Under the pieces are notes generated by a model that had not been told where the DNA came from, did not search any database, and worked only from the letters and a program-made list of their open reading frames with translations. The position numbers and the translations under genes are program-made. DNA of 63,959 bases, the filler included, from Lenisia limosa (taxonomy: Eukaryota; Protista; Breviatea): assembly GCA_001655205.1 (NCBI GenBank). It is 13 parts of 13 records of this genome, joined end to end, with 100 filler letters (N's around TTAATTAATTAA, not from the genome) between each part and the next. Parts side by side here need not be neighbours in the genome. Positions count along the whole stretch, not along the records: positions 61,131 to 62,652 come from LPNZ01002606.1; positions 62,753 to 63,959 come from LPNZ01004355.1; 11 more parts are not named here. One strand, written 5' to 3'. Below, in pieces: positions 61,346 to 63,959 of the stretch (the first letter of the stretch is position 1; each line of letters starts with the position of its first letter).

Positions 61346-62053
61346 NNNNNNNNNNNNNNNNNNNNNNNNNNNNNNNNNNNNNNNNNNNNNNNNNNNNNNN
61401 NNNNNNNNNNNNNNNNNNNNNNNNNNNNNNNNNNNNNNNNNNNNNNNNNNNNNNNNNNNNNNNNNNNNNNNNNNNNNNNNNNNNNNNNNNNNNNNNNNNN
61501 NNNNNNNNNNNNTGAAAAGGAACTCATTGAAGTCTAATGCATATCATCATTATTTTTCGTTTTTTATCTTTGCACGTATTTAATATTTGGAGATATCATA
61601 TAATATAGTATACATACTATATAGTATGTAGTATATAATATAATATGTAAAATTTGGTGTAATATCGCATATTTTACATTTTACCTATAGGTCCTACCGG
61701 TATGACAAACAACCTGATTCTGTCAATAAATCAAGTAGGATTATCATTACTGACATTTAGCCGCATTCTGGACGTGATATGATCTAATAATTCTTCTTTG
61801 TACATATATATTGTCAATGATGTACTGTGTCACCCGCTTTAGTTTATTGATTTATTGGTTAATTCTTCATCAATTGAAGGAATTTTCTAAGGATTGAGTT
61901 TAGTTAGAGTATAAGAGTATTATAGTAATAGAAGCAAGGGAGAGGCAAGGAGAGAAGAGGGGGTGTGGTGCGAAAATATACTGCTCCGGAGGGTTCCATA
62001 GCCCTTAACATATAGATCTAAGGTTCAGCGGCTACCCGACGACACTCTTCGTC

Positions 62054-62429
62054 ATGTCTTCCGTGGAGCCCAATGGCGTCATCTCCCAATACTGCAGCGT
62101 TGGGGCCGAGCGCCTGATGGAGGCGACTTCCAGTCTCCTTCTGATGATGCTTGGTTCTGCTACAGGGGAGCTCGGCGGTGCGGCGGAGAAGGCGGCAGCA
62201 GCTAGGGACACATTTATCCGGTTGTATAACTCATTTCAAAGTATGTGCTGGTGCCATTATTCAACCACAACTCCAAGGACGTTGTAAATCTTAATGATAT
62301 TGTGGTATTATGTCTGATGCTTTAGATCCTCCCTCGTTCTCATCCTTCGTTGGGAACATCCCCGAAGACGTGTTACAATGGAGTGCGGAGGAGACGTACA
62401 GGATCGTTGCCGCACTCTACGCCCAGAAG
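62054..62429 (+). CDS. Uncharacterised gene, first two exons
   Basis: GC-rich exons MSSVEPNG...RLYNSFQ|DPPSFSSFVGNIPEDVLQWSAEETYRIVAALYAQK with gtatg and gtaaa donors. Confidence 0.5.
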
Positions 62430-62752
62430 GTAAATTGTTGTTTTGCTCACTTTTTTTGGAGTACCTTTTTTTATTATTATTTTGACTTGGTTACCAAATT
62501 ATGACATTATCATATGATATTATGTCTCCTTATATTTTGTGTAACATATCCCTTCATACTCTATTTTATTTTTTAAAACTGAAACTTCTCATACAGACAT
62601 ATCATATGCAGTAATTTATAATTTTTGAAATACAAACTATGATATATGATATNNNNNNNNNNNNNNNNNNNNNNNNNNNNNNNNNNNNNNNNNNNNTTAA
62701 TTAATTAANNNNNNNNNNNNNNNNNNNNNNNNNNNNNNNNNNNNNNNNNNNN

Positions 62753-63862
62753 TGGCCTTGAACAGCAGAAGCGTGATAAGGGACACCTGTGAGATGGCGG
62801 CACTCCCGTCTGCAGGGTCAAAAACAGGTGTCTGGATATTCAACAGACAGATAGGACTGTATAGAAGGATTGTATATGAGACCATGCTTCAGAATTATAT
62901 GAGACCATGCTACAGGATTATATAATATGAGATTATGCTAAAGTACTGCTGTATCTGCGAACATTCGACACTCCATTGGGACCACCAGATGAATCCTAGC
63001 CCCCCCCCCACATATAGAGAAATGAATAATAAGGTTGTACCTGGCCGANNNNNNNNNNNNNNNNNNNNNNNNNNNNNNNNNNNNNNNNNNNNNNNNNNNN
63101 NNNNNNCCACATCATCACGCTAATAAGAGATATTGGATTAGATTATAGTAGTATCCTATGAAAGATAGCCAACCCCATACCAAGATGAGCCGAGGCGATG
63201 GCTGAAAAGAGGGCCACAGCAACACTACCACTCGCCGAGAACGCTGAGGACATGACAGCGGAAGCAGCCAGGGGGTGTGACCTGATGAATGCCGCAGTGG
63301 CCGATACTGACGACGCCCTGATGTTCTGGTCTGTGGGAGGAAATTCAATGAACATTGGTGTAAAGGTACTAATCTTCTTATTTTGGTAACTAATGAAGCA
63401 AAAAAGCAACTCTGTTGGCTAAACGCTCTGGGGAGGGAATATGGGTAAATGATGGCGTATATGTGGAGTGTAATTTTTTTTATTACTGTATCACAAGACA
63501 ATTCAGACACCCCTCCCTCACCCTCGGATTTCAGTCCAGCAAGCAGAACGGCCATGACCGGTCCTTCAGGGGAGGCACAAGAACTGTCAAAGGGCTTGCC
63601 GTGCAGCAGCGACGGGATAGCCTGAGGGTGAGTATGGGGATGGTGTCAAAGAAGGGCCTATTTTTGGTGGCATAGCGTTAGATACTCTCAATTGTCTCGA
63701 AATTACGATATCAAAATACGCCTGATTTAACCCATAGTTAATTTTCCAACCCGTTAACACACAAGTCACCCCCCCCACAGCGAAGGCGGCCCGGTTTAGA
63801 GCAAGGAACCCGTTTCTTGGCCTCACAAACTCGCGTCCCTGTACTGCGCATCCCGTCCTGAA
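62753..63862 (-). CDS. Uncharacterised helical protein fragment
   Basis: Exons TGCAVQGREFVRPRNGFLALNRAAFA, AIPSLLHGKPFDSSCASPEGPVMAVLLAGLKSE, IRASSVSATAAFIRSHPLAASAVMSSAF. Confidence 0.4.
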
Positions 63863-63959
63863 GGGGGGGGGGTGAAATTGGACAATTTATGAAACAAAAA
63901 AAGGCCAAAAATCAACTCTGTTGGCTGACATACAACAAAACAAACAAAGCCCAGGACAG

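Noticed and set aside
13701-62708. Twelve identical TTAATTAATTAA motifs
   Set aside because: Always centred in 44+44 N; an artificial stop-in-all-frames linker, not biology.
447-63123. Many ORF-track entries longer than 100 aa containing X runs
   Set aside because: They are open only because they cross N gaps or read through introns.

Overview
This is intron-rich eukaryotic (protist-like) draft genome sequence, not one contiguous locus. Twelve 100-nt spacers (44 N + TTAATTAATTAA + 44 N) join 13 contigs or scaffolds, so adjacency across a spacer means nothing. The ORF track is fragmented because genes are spliced (GT-AG); I assembled exons by eye. Recognisable genes: a BRAP2-like RRM protein, a PMS1-type MutL, ULK4/RUNKEL kinase, a membrane DUF229-like protein, SF3B1 (5' part), CWC2, NC2beta/Dr1, an alpha/beta hydrolase, a TBC Rab-GAP fragment and a Cys-rich GCC2/GCC3-type surface protein, plus several orphans. 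Two domain architectures stand out. One is a spliced fusion (43456-45946) of a CPR/CysJ-type flavodoxin to a flavodiiron protein, preceded by a helix resembling the end of pyruvate:ferredoxin oxidoreductase. The other is a receptor-like protein (28294-36068) with signal peptide, BMP/PnrA-like sensor, TM segment(s) and class I phosphodiesterase. Introns hold TA-flanked MITE families and three repeat families (R1-R3) that form whole introns or supply splice sites (introner-like). R1 appears to provide an acceptor in one orientation and a donor in the other. No rRNA, tRNA or CRISPR array was seen. All family calls come from motif recognition, not database searches.
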